Below, piece after piece: positions 50,181 to 60,017 of a stretch of DNA of 64,000 nucleotides. The translations under genes were made by a program, and so were the position numbers. A model generated the notes under the pieces. That model ran no database searches. It had not been told where the DNA came from and saw only the letters and a list, made by a program, of their open reading frames with translations. The stretch is from NCBI GenBank assembly GCA_019116305.1, contig DXBY01000049.1, positions 9,386 through 73,385 on the forward strand, given 5' to 3'. The DNA comes from Candidatus Ruania gallistercoris. Lineage in GTDB: Bacteria; Actinomycetota; Actinomycetes; Actinomycetales; Beutenbergiaceae. Within the stretch, counting starts at the first letter, position 1; every line of letters starts with the position of its first letter.

Positions 50181-50424
50181 GGTACGCGCCCGGAACCGGG
50201 CACTGCGCACCTGGACCCGTCCACGACACCCCTGCCCTGTCCACGATACGAGACGGCGCACCCGGTGGTGGCACACCACAGGCGCTCTCGCGCACCATCG
50301 CCGATGGCCCGGGAACCCCGGGCGGCGCACCCGGCCGAGCCCGGTGGCGCCAGTTCCACTGCCACCGCCAGCTCGCTGCCAACCCACGGGCGCCCAGGTG
50401 GTGGCCACCGACCTCAGGAGAACC

Positions 50425-51321
50425 ATGTCTGTACGCACTCCCGCCGCACTCGCCGCCACCGTCGCTGCCGTGCTGGCGATGTCCGCCTGCGCGGGTGGCG
50501 GTAGCGCCAGCACTGAGGATCTGGGCACCGAGTCCAACCCGGTGCGCCTCGGCGTGGTCGGTGCCAGCGAACCGTACTGGGCCACCTACACCGAAGCAGT
50601 GGCCGAGGCCGGTATCAGTCTGGAGCTGGTCGACTTCACCGACTACAACCAGCCCAACCCGGCGGTCAGCGAGGGGGAGCTGGACCTGAACCAGTTCCAG
50701 CACATCATCTACCTGGCGAACTACAACGTGCAGGCCGGGGACGACCTGGTCCCGATCGGGTCCACGGCCACCTACCCGCTCGGGCTGTACTCCACCCAGT
50801 ACGGCAGCGTCGAGGAGATCCCGGACGGCGCCCAGGTGGCGGTGCCGAACGACAACACCAACCAGGCCCGCGGACTACTGATCCTGCAGTCGGCCGGGCT
50901 GATCACGCTGGCCGAAGGTGGCGGCCCGTTCTCCACCGTGGCCGATGTGGTGGCCGAGGAGTCCCGGGTGGAGGTACTCGCCCTGGACGCGGCAGTGACC
51001 GCCACCTCACTGCCGGATGTGGCCGCGGCGATCATCAACAACGACTTCATCACCGACGCCGGTCTCACTGAGGAGGACGCGATCGCCCAGGACGACCCGG
51101 CCGATCCCTCCGCCTTCCCCTACATCAACATCTTCGCCACCACCGCCGAGAACGCCGAGAATGAGGTGCTCGCCGACCTGGTGGAGATCTACCAGACCAC
51201 TCCCGAGGTCACCGACGGCGTGGTCGAGGCCTCCGGTGGCACCGCTGTGCTGACCCAGACGCCAGTGGCCGATCTGGTGGACAGCCTCGCCGACGTCGAG
51301 GCCGACATCGAGGCCCAGTAG
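50425..51321 (+). CDS. metQ: MetQ/NlpA family lipoprotein
   Basis: Lipobox LAMSAC, FTDYNQPN, NQFQH, PNDNTNQARGL and IINN. Confidence 0.92.
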   Translation: MSVRTPAALAATVAAVLAMSACAGGGSASTEDLGTESNPVRLGVVGASEPYWATYTEAVAEAGISLELVDFTDYNQPNPAVSEGELDLNQFQHIIYLANYNVQAGDDLVPIGSTATYPLGLYSTQYGSVEEIPDGAQVAVPNDNTNQARGLLILQSAGLITLAEGGGPFSTVADVVAEESRVEVLALDAAVTATSLPDVAAAIINNDFITDAGLTEEDAIAQDDPADPSAFPYINIFATTAENAENEVLADLVEIYQTTPEVTDGVVEASGGTAVLTQTPVADLVDSLADVEADIEAQ

Positions 51322-52359
51322 GTGGCGCCGCACGTCCGGCTGCAGCAGGTCACCAAGGTCTTCCCGGCGCGCAGTCGCCGGGAAGAGCCGGTGCGCGCGG
51401 TGCAGCAGGTGTCTCTGGACATCGCCAAGGGTGAGGTGTTCGCCGTCATCGGCTACTCCGGGGCCGGTAAGTCCACCCTGGTGCGGCTGATCAACGGCCT
51501 GGAACCGGTCACCTCCGGACTGGTGGAGATCGACGGCGTCCCAATCACCAGCCTGTCCGGCCGCGCCCTGCGGAGGCAGCAGCAGGGCATCGGGATGATC
51601 TTCCAACGGTTCAACCTGCTCCGCTCTCGGACCGTGGCCCGGAACGTGGCCTACCCGCTGGAAGTGGTCGGCATGCCGCGGGCGGAGCGCGATGCTCGGG
51701 TGGCCGAGCTGCTGGAGTTCGTCGGACTCGCCGAGAAGGCCCGTGCCTACCCCGAGCAGCTCTCCGGCGGTCAGCAGCAGCGGGTGGGTATCGCCCGCGC
51801 CCTGGCCGCGAAGCCGGCGCTGCTGCTCGCCGACGAGGCCACCAGCGCTCTGGACCCGGAGACCACCGAGGAGGTGCTCGACCTGCTCGGCCGGGTGAAT
51901 CGCGAGCTCGGGGTGACCGTTGTCGTGATCACGCACGAGATGGAGGTGGTCACTCAGGTCGCGGACCGGGTGGCGGTGATGGACGCCGGTGAGGTGGTGG
52001 AACAGGGCAGCACGTACGAGGTGTTCACCTCGCCGCGCACGGCGGTGGCCAGGCGGTTTGTCCGCACAGTGGTGCGCCCGCTACCGCAAGGTGCGGAGCT
52101 GGCCGCGTTGCGCACCAGGCACGAGGGACGGTTCCTGACCATCTCGTTCACCGACGACGCTGCCTCCGAGGCGCGGGTGTTCGGTGCGCTTGCCCGCGCC
52201 GGTGTGGACTTCAACCTGGTGCACGGCGGGGTGGATGACATCGGCGGCCGGGTGTACGGCCTGCTCACGATCGCGGTCCGCGGGTCGGACGAGGCGATCG
52301 AGGCCGCGTTGGCGCAGGTCGGGCCCGGGGTGCAGATCACGGAGGCCAACGATGGATGA
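51322..52359 (+). CDS. metN: Methionine ABC transporter ATPase
   Basis: IGYSGAGKSTL, MIFQRFNLL, LSGGQQQR, DEATSALDP and a C-terminal NIL-like domain. Confidence 0.93.
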   Translation: MAPHVRLQQVTKVFPARSRREEPVRAVQQVSLDIAKGEVFAVIGYSGAGKSTLVRLINGLEPVTSGLVEIDGVPITSLSGRALRRQQQGIGMIFQRFNLLRSRTVARNVAYPLEVVGMPRAERDARVAELLEFVGLAEKARAYPEQLSGGQQQRVGIARALAAKPALLLADEATSALDPETTEEVLDLLGRVNRELGVTVVVITHEMEVVTQVADRVAVMDAGEVVEQGSTYEVFTSPRTAVARRFVRTVVRPLPQGAELAALRTRHEGRFLTISFTDDAASEARVFGALARAGVDFNLVHGGVDDIGGRVYGLLTIAVRGSDEAIEAALAQVGPGVQITEANDG

Positions 52360-53011
52360 GCTGACCCGGATCGCACCGGAGCTGATCACCCAGACCGGCA
52401 TCATGCTGCAGATCGTCGGTCTGGGCATGCTCATCGGTGGTACGGCCGGCCTGGTGGTCGGCACCGGGCTGTACGTCACGCGCGGTGGCGGCATCCTTGC
52501 CCAGCCGGTGCTCTACTGGGTGCTCAACATCCTGGTGAACACGTTCCGCCCGATCCCGTTCATCATCTTCATGGCCGCGATCCAACCGGTCGCCCGGCTG
52601 GTGGTCGGGACCGGGATCGGCAATCCGGCGGCGATCTTCGCCATCGCGCTGGCGGCCACCTTCGGCATCGCCCGGATCGTGGAGCAGAACTTGGTCTCCG
52701 TGGATCCGGGCGTGATCGAGGCAGCCCGGGCGATGGGTGCCGGTCCCTGGCGGATCATCCGCACTGTGGTGCTGCCCGAGGCCCTCGGCCCGCTGGTGCT
52801 CGGTTACACGTTCGCTGTGATCGCGGTCGTGGACATGTCCGCCGTGGCCGGGCTGCTCGGTGGCACCGGTCTGGGTAACTATGCGATCACCTACGGTTAT
52901 CGGCAGTTCGACGATGTGATCACCTGGTCGGCGCTGGTGGTGATTGTGGTCATCGTGCAGCTGATCCAGCTGCTCGGGAACGTGCTGGCACGTCGTCTGC
53001 TGCGCCGCTGA
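52352..53011 (+). CDS. metI: Methionine ABC transporter permease
   Basis: NTFRPIPFII, EAARAMGA, VVLPEAL and GLGNYAITYGY. Confidence 0.93.
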   Translation: MDELTRIAPELITQTGIMLQIVGLGMLIGGTAGLVVGTGLYVTRGGGILAQPVLYWVLNILVNTFRPIPFIIFMAAIQPVARLVVGTGIGNPAAIFAIALAATFGIARIVEQNLVSVDPGVIEAARAMGAGPWRIIRTVVLPEALGPLVLGYTFAVIAVVDMSAVAGLLGGTGLGNYAITYGYRQFDDVITWSALVVIVVIVQLIQLLGNVLARRLLRR

Positions 53012-53028
53012 GCGGATATCCTGGGCGG

Positions 53029-53994
53029 GTGTCCGCGCTCACGTACTCCACGCTGACCGGCCGGTTGATCGTGGCCAACCTGGTGGTCCAGATCGTCATC
53101 ATCGCCACCGGCGGAGCGGTGCGATTGACCGGGTCGGGGCTGGGCTGCTCGAGCTGGCCGAACTGCGAGCCCGGTGAGTTCAGCCCGCAGTTCCACGCGG
53201 CGTCGTCGATCCACCCCTACGTGGAGTGGGGGAACCGGTTGATGGGCGCCGTGGTGGTGATCGTGGCCCTGGCAGTGGCGGTCCTGGTGTTCTTCGCGGC
53301 CCGGCGGGGGGTTCGGCCGCCGCCGTCAGGCCGCTTGCTCTGGTTGGCCACCGTGCCGCTGCTGCTCTCCCTGGTGCAGGCGGTGCTCGGTGGGCTGACC
53401 GTGGTGCTGCACCTGCACCCGGCGGTGGTCGGCTCGCACTTCTTATTCTCCGCGGCGCTGGTCTGGATCTCCACCTGGCTGGTGATCGAGTGGTACCGGC
53501 CCGGTCCGGGGCGGCCGGCGGTCTCGCCGCGGCTGCGCACCGTGGGCTGGGCCCTGGCCGCGGTGGCCGCAGTCGTGGTGGTCTTCGGCATGCTGGTCAC
53601 CGGGTCCGGTCCGCACTCCGGGGACGACGAGGTGGGCTACCGGTTCGCCCTGGACCCCGTGCTGATCGCGCGGGTGCACGCCGGGGCGGTCTGGGTGTTC
53701 GTTGCGGTGCTCGTGCTCTTCCTGCTGCTCACCTTCCGCCCGGCCGACGACGGCGCAGGTCAGCGCCGAGTGGTGCGTCGCCGCGGGGTCGTGCTGCTCG
53801 GGGTGACGCTCGCGCAGGGTGCGATCGGCTATGTGCAGTACTTCACTGGCCTGCCGGAGCTGCTCGTCGGCATCCATATGATCGGTGCTGCCCTGCTGCT
53901 GGTGGCCACTGCCTGGACCGTCGCCGGGATGTCCGAGCGTGCTAGCCGGGCCGAGCTGACTACCGGCGCCGACGCTGTGCCCGCTGCGCACTGA
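53029..53994 (+). CDS. ctaA: COX15/CtaA heme A synthase family protein
   Basis: GGAVRLTGSGLGCSSWPNC, EWGNR, QAVLGG, GSGPHSGD and conserved His residues. Confidence 0.88.
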   Translation: MSALTYSTLTGRLIVANLVVQIVIIATGGAVRLTGSGLGCSSWPNCEPGEFSPQFHAASSIHPYVEWGNRLMGAVVVIVALAVAVLVFFAARRGVRPPPSGRLLWLATVPLLLSLVQAVLGGLTVVLHLHPAVVGSHFLFSAALVWISTWLVIEWYRPGPGRPAVSPRLRTVGWALAAVAAVVVVFGMLVTGSGPHSGDDEVGYRFALDPVLIARVHAGAVWVFVAVLVLFLLLTFRPADDGAGQRRVVRRRGVVLLGVTLAQGAIGYVQYFTGLPELLVGIHMIGAALLLVATAWTVAGMSERASRAELTTGADAVPAAH

Positions 53995-54079
53995 GCAGTC
54001 CCTGGCCTGTTCGATACGTGGCCCGCTGCTTCGATACCCCGGTGCACGACTCAGTGCAGCAGGTAACGACTGCATCGAT

Positions 54080-54733
54080 TCAGCGCGAGTGTGGGATCAG
54101 GTGGAGGGGCGCGCCGGCCGGGCGGAGGGTCCGCCAGCCGGAGGCCCGAGCAGCGTGGGCGGCGAGGATCCCGGTGACAGCACTCGGGTTGTGCAGCCGG
54201 CCCTCGAACACTGCGGCGAGCGCTTCGTCCAGGGGCACCCAGCGCAGCGGCATGTCCAGCTCCTCGGCTTCGCGCTGGTACCGGTCGGCCTCGGGCACCT
54301 GGCTCAGGTCACGAGCCAGGAAGATGCGGATCCGTTCGTCGCTACCGCCGGGGGTGGTGGCGAAGTCCACCAGGGTGTGCCACCTGCCGGCCACCAGGTC
54401 GGCCTCCTCGGCGAGCTCGCGTCGGGCGGCGTCGACCATCGATTCCCCACGAACGTCCAGCAGCCCCGCGGGTACCTCCCACAGGTAGGCGCGCACCGGG
54501 TGCCGGTACTGCCGCACCAACGCGACCCGGTCGGCCTCGTCCAGCGCCACGATCGCCACCGCGCCCGGGTGGGCGAGGAACTCTCGGTCGACCACTCCCC
54601 CGGCACCGAGGTCCACCTGCTCGGCGACCAGGTCGAACACCTTGCCGGCGTGCAGCATCCTGCGCTCGATCACCGGCAGGCCGGCGGCCTCGTCCCGCAG
54701 TCCGGCCCCTTGGGGCTGGCGCCGGTCAGCCAC
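54080..54733 (-). CDS. NUDIX hydrolase (ADP-ribose pyrophosphatase-like)
   Basis: HPGAVAI, QYRHPV and [18 protein letters not shown] Nudix box. Confidence 0.93.
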   Translation of the reverse strand: MADRRQPQGAGLRDEAAGLPVIERRMLHAGKVFDLVAEQVDLGAGGVVDREFLAHPGAVAIVALDEADRVALVRQYRHPVRAYLWEVPAGLLDVRGESMVDAARRELAEEADLVAGRWHTLVDFATTPGGSDERIRIFLARDLSQVPEADRYQREAEELDMPLRWVPLDEALAAVFEGRLHNPSAVTGILAAHAARASGWRTLRPAGAPLHLIPHSR

Positions 54734-56435
54734 GGGGTGCGGGCTCCACCTCGACCAGTCTGGTCTCTCGCTGCCGCTGCAGCGCCGCGCCGATCAGTCC
54801 GATGAACAGCGGGTGCGCCCGGGTGGGCCGGGACTTGAACTCCGGGTGCGCCTGGGTGGCCACGTAGTACGGGTGCTTGTCCCGGTCCAGCTCCACGAAC
54901 TCCACCAGGGAGGAGTCCGGCGACTGGCCGGAGATCAGCAGCCCGGCCTCGGCCAGCGCCTCCCGGTAGGCGTTGTTCACCTCGTAACGGTGCCGGTGCC
55001 GTTCGGAGACCCGCTCGCTGCCGTACACCTGCGCCACCAGGGAGCCGGGTTCGAGCACGGCGTCGTAGGCGCCCAACCGCATCGTGCCGCCCAGGTCGCC
55101 CGCACCCTCGACGATGCTCAGCTGCTCCTCCATCGTCGCCACGACAGGATCGGCGGTGTCCGGGTCGAACTCGGTGGAGGAGGCCTCGCTCAACCCGAGC
55201 ACGTTGCGGGCGTACTCGATCACCATTGCCTGCAGGCCCAGGCAGATGCCGAGGGTGGGCACCTGGTGCTCCCGGGCCCAGCGCAGCGCGCCGAGCTTGC
55301 CTTCGATACCACGGACGCCGAAGCCGCCGGGGACCAGGACGGCGTCCACCCCGGAGAGTGCCTTCCGGGCACCGTCCTCGGTGGCACAGTCATCGGAGGG
55401 TACCCAGCGGATCTTCACCCGGGTGTTGATGTGGAAGCCGCCGGCGCGCATCGCCTCGGTCACGGACAGGTAAGCGTCCGGCAGGTCGATGTACTTGCCG
55501 ACCAGGGCGACCTCCACCTCATCCGCCGGGTGGTGCACCCGCTCGAGCAGGGTGTGCCAGGTGTCCCAGTCCACGTCCCGGAACGGGATGGTTAGCCTGC
55601 GGATCACGTAGGCGTCCAAACCTTCGGTGTGCAGCACCTTCGGGATGTCGTAGATGCTTGGGGCGTCCACGCACGTGATGACCGCTTCCCGGTCCACATC
55701 GCACATCGCGGCGATCTTCGCCTTCACCCCCTCGGGGATGTCTCGGTCGGCGCGGCAGACGATGGCGTCGGGCTGGATGCCGATGCTGCGCAGGGCGGCC
55801 ACCGAGTGCTGGGTGGGCTTGGTCTTCAGCTCACCGCTGGGGCCGAGGTACGGCACCAGCGAGACGTGCACGAAGAACACGTGGTCCCGGCCCACGTCCT
55901 GGCGGACCTGGCGTGCGGCCTCGAGGAACGGCTGGGACTCGATGTCGCCGACCGTGCCACCGATCTCGGTGATGATCACGTCCGGACGTGGTCCGGGGCC
56001 GCTCGCCTGGGCGCGCATCCGCGTCTTGATCTCGTCGGTGATGTGCGGGATGACCTGCACCGTGTCGCCGAGGTACTCCCCGCGCCGCTCCTTGGCGATC
56101 ACGTGCGAGTAGACCACCCCGGTGGTGACGTTCGCCCCGGCGTCCAGGTCGACGTCCAGGAACCGTTCGTAGTGGCCGATGTCCAGGTCGGTCTCGGCAC
56201 CGTCGTCTGTGACGAACACCTCACCGTGCTGGAACGGGTTCATCGTGCCCGGGTCCACGTTCAGGTATGGGTCGAGCTTCTGCATCGTCACCCGCAGGCC
56301 GCGGGCGCGGAGCAGATGGCCCAGGCTGGAGGCCGTCAACCCCTTGCCGAGCGAGGAGGCCACCCCGCCGGTGACGAAGATGTGTCGCGGAACATTCACG
56401 AGTTGCCCGGAGTGCCGGTCCGAAGAGATCACCAC
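54726..56435 (-). CDS. pyrG: CTP synthase
   Basis: [39 protein letters not shown] and QAHPEF. Confidence 0.98.
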   Translation of the reverse strand: MVISSDRHSGQLVNVPRHIFVTGGVASSLGKGLTASSLGHLLRARGLRVTMQKLDPYLNVDPGTMNPFQHGEVFVTDDGAETDLDIGHYERFLDVDLDAGANVTTGVVYSHVIAKERRGEYLGDTVQVIPHITDEIKTRMRAQASGPGPRPDVIITEIGGTVGDIESQPFLEAARQVRQDVGRDHVFFVHVSLVPYLGPSGELKTKPTQHSVAALRSIGIQPDAIVCRADRDIPEGVKAKIAAMCDVDREAVITCVDAPSIYDIPKVLHTEGLDAYVIRRLTIPFRDVDWDTWHTLLERVHHPADEVEVALVGKYIDLPDAYLSVTEAMRAGGFHINTRVKIRWVPSDDCATEDGARKALSGVDAVLVPGGFGVRGIEGKLGALRWAREHQVPTLGICLGLQAMVIEYARNVLGLSEASSTEFDPDTADPVVATMEEQLSIVEGAGDLGGTMRLGAYDAVLEPGSLVAQVYGSERVSERHRHRYEVNNAYREALAEAGLLISGQSPDSSLVEFVELDRDKHPYYVATQAHPEFKSRPTRAHPLFIGLIGAALQRQRETRLVEVEPAPRG

Positions 56436-56441
56436 GGGCTT

Positions 56442-57527
56442 CTACGCTATCACCCTGGCGTAGATTCCGAGGGTCTGCCGCAACGCGTCGGCCAGGTCGG
56501 GCAGCTCTGCGGCGCGTCGCCGTCCGGCACGACTCAGGTCCGCGGCAAGCTCGGGATCGGTCAGTACGGCGGTCATCTGGGCGGCCAGCGCGTCCGCATC
56601 CGGGTAGGCCACCAGCCGGGCGGCGGCTCCGGTGACCTCCCGGGTCCCGCCGACGTCGGTAGCCACCACCGGCACACCCGCGGCGAGTGCTTCCTGGACG
56701 TTGATCGGCTGCCCCTCCCAGGCGCTGGTGGAGACGAGCAGATCGGCGCTGGCGAGCAGATCGGGCACGTCGCTCCGGCGGCCGAGCAGGATCACCGGCA
56801 GGTCCTCACCGATCACCTGGTCGGCGAGCTCGTCCAGCAGGGGGCCGCCACCGGCCACGAGCCAGCGCACCTGCGGCACTCGGTCGGCCAGCAGGGCCGC
56901 AGCGTCGGCGAGCAGCCCGAGACCCTTCTGCGGTGCCAGGCGTCCCACGGTGAGCACCAGCTGGTGCTCGGGGGTCAGTCCCAGGGCGCGGCGGGCGGCA
57001 CCGTGCAACGGCGTTCCGGGGGCGGTCTCCGGAGCGGGGATTAGTGCCCTCTCGGTCAGCCGCGCACCGTGCCGGTCGGCCCAGGCGACCAGGTCTGAGC
57101 TGACTCCGAGCACCGCGTTCGCGCGGGCAGCGATCGCTCGCAGCAGCCCACCGGCCACGCTGCGCACCCCACCAGAGCCGACCGGGGCGTTGTGCAGGGT
57201 GACCACCAGGGCGGTGTGCGCCAGTGCGGGAGTGCTCAACGCGAGCGCGGCGAGCCCGCCGGCGCGCAGGCCGTGGGCGTGCACCACGTCCGCCCCGCGG
57301 GCGAGGGTGCGGATCCGGGTGAGGTTGCGAGCGTCGGCCACCTGCGGCCGGTCGGTGATCTCGATCCGGACGGTGTGCGCGTCGGCGTCCGCTTCGGCGA
57401 GGACGGCCCCGGGACCGGCCAGGATCACCCGGTGGTCGGCGGACATCGCTGCGGCCAGCGAGCGTACGTGCGCGCCGATACCGCCGGCGGTGCTGCCGGT
57501 CAGCTGGACGATGCGCAGATCAGGCAC
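56442..57527 (-). CDS. GT4 glycosyltransferase
   Basis: GGIGAHV, HAHGLRAG, VGRLAPQKG and EGQPINVQEALAAGVPVVATDVGG. Confidence 0.9.
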   Translation of the reverse strand: MPDLRIVQLTGSTAGGIGAHVRSLAAAMSADHRVILAGPGAVLAEADADAHTVRIEITDRPQVADARNLTRIRTLARGADVVHAHGLRAGGLAALALSTPALAHTALVVTLHNAPVGSGGVRSVAGGLLRAIAARANAVLGVSSDLVAWADRHGARLTERALIPAPETAPGTPLHGAARRALGLTPEHQLVLTVGRLAPQKGLGLLADAAALLADRVPQVRWLVAGGGPLLDELADQVIGEDLPVILLGRRSDVPDLLASADLLVSTSAWEGQPINVQEALAAGVPVVATDVGGTREVTGAAARLVAYPDADALAAQMTAVLTDPELAADLSRAGRRRAAELPDLADALRQTLGIYARVIA

Positions 57528-59130
57528 GGGTCCTCCTCAGAGTGCTCAGGATGCCACGATCGGCCGCGAGCACGGCACCGATCACCACCCCCGCGGCCAG
57601 GATGGCTCCGAGGCCGCCGGCCAGCACCGCCGCAAGCAGGGACGTACCGGTCAGGTCCAGCACGAGGGTGGTGGCCCACCGGCCGGCGAGCGCGCCGAGA
57701 GTGGCGCTGAGCACGCCGACCGCCACCGTGCGGACCGTGCCGGTGCTCACCGACCCGGGCAGCGCCCGGGCCAGTGCGAGCAGCAGCGCCAGGGCCGCCG
57801 CGGCCATCCCGATACTGTGCGCGAGCCCCAGCGCGGCGAGCGTCTCCGCCGGGCGGCCACCGTCCGAGGCGACCACCTGAACACCGGCCACGGCGGCCAG
57901 GCTCACCACCAGCCAACCCAGCGCCGTACCCGCCACGGCGGAGCGCTGCCGGTCCAGGGAGAACAGCGCCCGGGAGACGTGGAAGATCAGGGCCAACCCG
58001 ATGATTCCCGGGGCCATCAGGGTCAGCGCCCAGGTCATCCCGGTGGTGTCGTTGCGCTGGGCGAAGACCAACTCGGCCGCCGGGGCGACGGCGATCAGCG
58101 CCGCCACTCCGAGGAAGGAGACGGCCAGCACCGCCCGGGTGGAACTCTCGGCGGTGCGGGCGAACAGGTCCCGTTGTCCCCCGGAGGCCAGCTCGGCCAG
58201 CTTGGGGAAGACTGCAGTGGCCAACGGGATGGCGAGCACTGCGTAGGGCAGCAGGTACACCGCCTGGGTCCACTGGAAGACGTTGATCGTGCCCTCAGCG
58301 CCCCCGGCCCGGGAGAGCCAGACCACCACGATCACCGAGATCTGCTGAGCCACCAGGGAGCCCAGCCCGGCCATCGCCAGCGCGCCCGCCCGGCGGGCCA
58401 CACCGGGCGGGAACCGCAGCGTGGGCCGCAGCCGCACTCCGCAGCGCCACACCGGGATGAGCAGCGGCAGGGACATCACAGCCACTCCCGCCGTGGTCCC
58501 CCACGCCAGCCAGGCCAGTGCCGCATCGGACAGGCCCTCCGGGGTGTTCTGCATCCCCGCGGCAAGGCGGCCGAAAACCAGGTAGCTGACGATCACCACA
58601 GTGGTGGAGGCGATCGGCGCCAGCGCAGGTGCGAGGAACCGTCGATGGGCCTGGAGCACCCCGGTGAGGACCACACCGATCCCGTAGAGCACAATCTGCG
58701 GGGCGAAGATGATCAGGAAGTAGGTGGTCAGCTCCACCTGGGCGACCGGGTCACCGCCGGCCGACTGCGGCAGCACCTGCGCGATCGGGCGGGCGAGCAG
58801 GGTGACCGCCACCCCGACCGGGAGCAGCGCGAGCACCGCCCAGCTGAGCAGCGCCGAGGAGGTCCGGTTGACGTCGTCAGCGATCCGACGGGCGATCGGC
58901 CCCGCCAGCAGCGGCACCACCGCCCCGGCGAGCGCACCACCGGCAACCACTTCGTAGAGCACGTTCGGGAGGGTGTTCGCCGTCGCGTAGGCGTTGCCCA
59001 CGGCACCGGCCTGCACCGTGGCCGCCTGGGCCAGCCACCGTCCGAACCCGAGGAGCCGGGAGACGATGGTCAGCACGGCGATCATCGTCGCCGCACCCGC
59101 CACCCCGGTGATCAGGCGGCGGGTACTCAC
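57520..59130 (-). CDS. MurJ/MviN-like MOP flippase
   Basis: SRLLGFGR, AYATANTLPNVLYE, QIVLYGI, and QAVYLLPYAVLAIPLATAVFP, with many TM segments. Start at GTG 59130. Confidence 0.88.
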   Translation of the reverse strand: MSTRRLITGVAGAATMIAVLTIVSRLLGFGRWLAQAATVQAGAVGNAYATANTLPNVLYEVVAGGALAGAVVPLLAGPIARRIADDVNRTSSALLSWAVLALLPVGVAVTLLARPIAQVLPQSAGGDPVAQVELTTYFLIIFAPQIVLYGIGVVLTGVLQAHRRFLAPALAPIASTTVVIVSYLVFGRLAAGMQNTPEGLSDAALAWLAWGTTAGVAVMSLPLLIPVWRCGVRLRPTLRFPPGVARRAGALAMAGLGSLVAQQISVIVVVWLSRAGGAEGTINVFQWTQAVYLLPYAVLAIPLATAVFPKLAELASGGQRDLFARTAESSTRAVLAVSFLGVAALIAVAPAAELVFAQRNDTTGMTWALTLMAPGIIGLALIFHVSRALFSLDRQRSAVAGTALGWLVVSLAAVAGVQVVASDGGRPAETLAALGLAHSIGMAAAALALLLALARALPGSVSTGTVRTVAVGVLSATLGALAGRWATTLVLDLTGTSLLAAVLAGGLGAILAAGVVIGAVLAADRGILSTLRRTRA

Positions 59131-60017
59131 GGGAGGCGACCCCAACGGTCCACGGCACGGGCCAGGGCGGTGCGGTCGATGACGGCGGAGAAGCTCACCT
59201 TCTCGCTGAGGCCGATCAGAGCGACCACGCCGGTCAGTGCCCCGGCGCGGACAGCGGCGGAGGGCAGCAGTGCCAGTCCGGTACCGGCGAGTGCGCCGAG
59301 AGCGTTGGCGCCGGTGTCGCCGAGCATGGTGCGCTCGGCCAGGTCGTCCGCCCAGGCGGCAGCGAGGACCCCGCAGGTACCGGCCGCCACCGGCCCGGCG
59401 GGACCGGGAAGCACGGCCAGCGGCAGGCTGATCGCTCCGGTGGCCTTCAACGCCCGGCCGGGCCGGAGGTCGAACAGGTTGACCAGGTTCGCGGTGCCGG
59501 CAATCAACGCACCGGAGGTGAGCACGTCCAGCGCGCGGCCGACCGGACCGGCACAGCGCTCGGAGCGGTCCCGCTCCAGCAGCGCAGCGGCGACCAGCGA
59601 CAGCGCGGGGATACCGACGAGCTTGAGAGTCCCGGTGGTGATCTGCCCGCGGGCAAGTGCGCGCAGGTGCCCGCGCAGTCCCCGCGCACCGGCCGGATCC
59701 GGGGACCGGTCGTCGACCAGACCGAAGCCCGCGGCGCCGAAAGTGGCCAACGCCGCGGCCGCAGCGGTACGAGCGGGCGCTGCGGTGGCCAGAGCGGCAA
59801 CTGTGGTGCCGGCCGCTGCGGCGATCCCCCCGGTCAGGCTGACCGTGTTGCCGCGGTAGTTGGTGCGCTGCCACGGCCCGTGCGAAACGCCCTCACCTGC
59901 GCCGGACACCCCGTCCTCGGCGGGCGGTCCCGGCCGGCACCGCGTCGCAGCGGCGCAGACCCCCGCGACCACGGCGGTGGCGGCGGCACCGGCCAGTGCC
60001 GCAACTGCTCGCCTCAC
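59127..60017 (-). CDS. MraY/WecA-like (PNPT, glycosyl transferase family 4) membrane protein
   Basis: GLVDD, ANLVNLFDLRPG and MLGDTGAN parallel the PNPT DD, NxxNxxD and GDxG motifs. Confidence 0.72.
   Translation of the reverse strand: MRRAVAALAGAAATAVVAGVCAAATRCRPGPPAEDGVSGAGEGVSHGPWQRTNYRGNTVSLTGGIAAAAGTTVAALATAAPARTAAAAALATFGAAGFGLVDDRSPDPAGARGLRGHLRALARGQITTGTLKLVGIPALSLVAAALLERDRSERCAGPVGRALDVLTSGALIAGTANLVNLFDLRPGRALKATGAISLPLAVLPGPAGPVAAGTCGVLAAAWADDLAERTMLGDTGANALGALAGTGLALLPSAAVRAGALTGVVALIGLSEKVSFSAVIDRTALARAVDRWGRLP

Noticed and set aside
56632-59859. 1075-aa plus-strand ORF
   Set aside because: Antisense to three well-supported genes. Low-complexity R/G/A/P composition and no domain.
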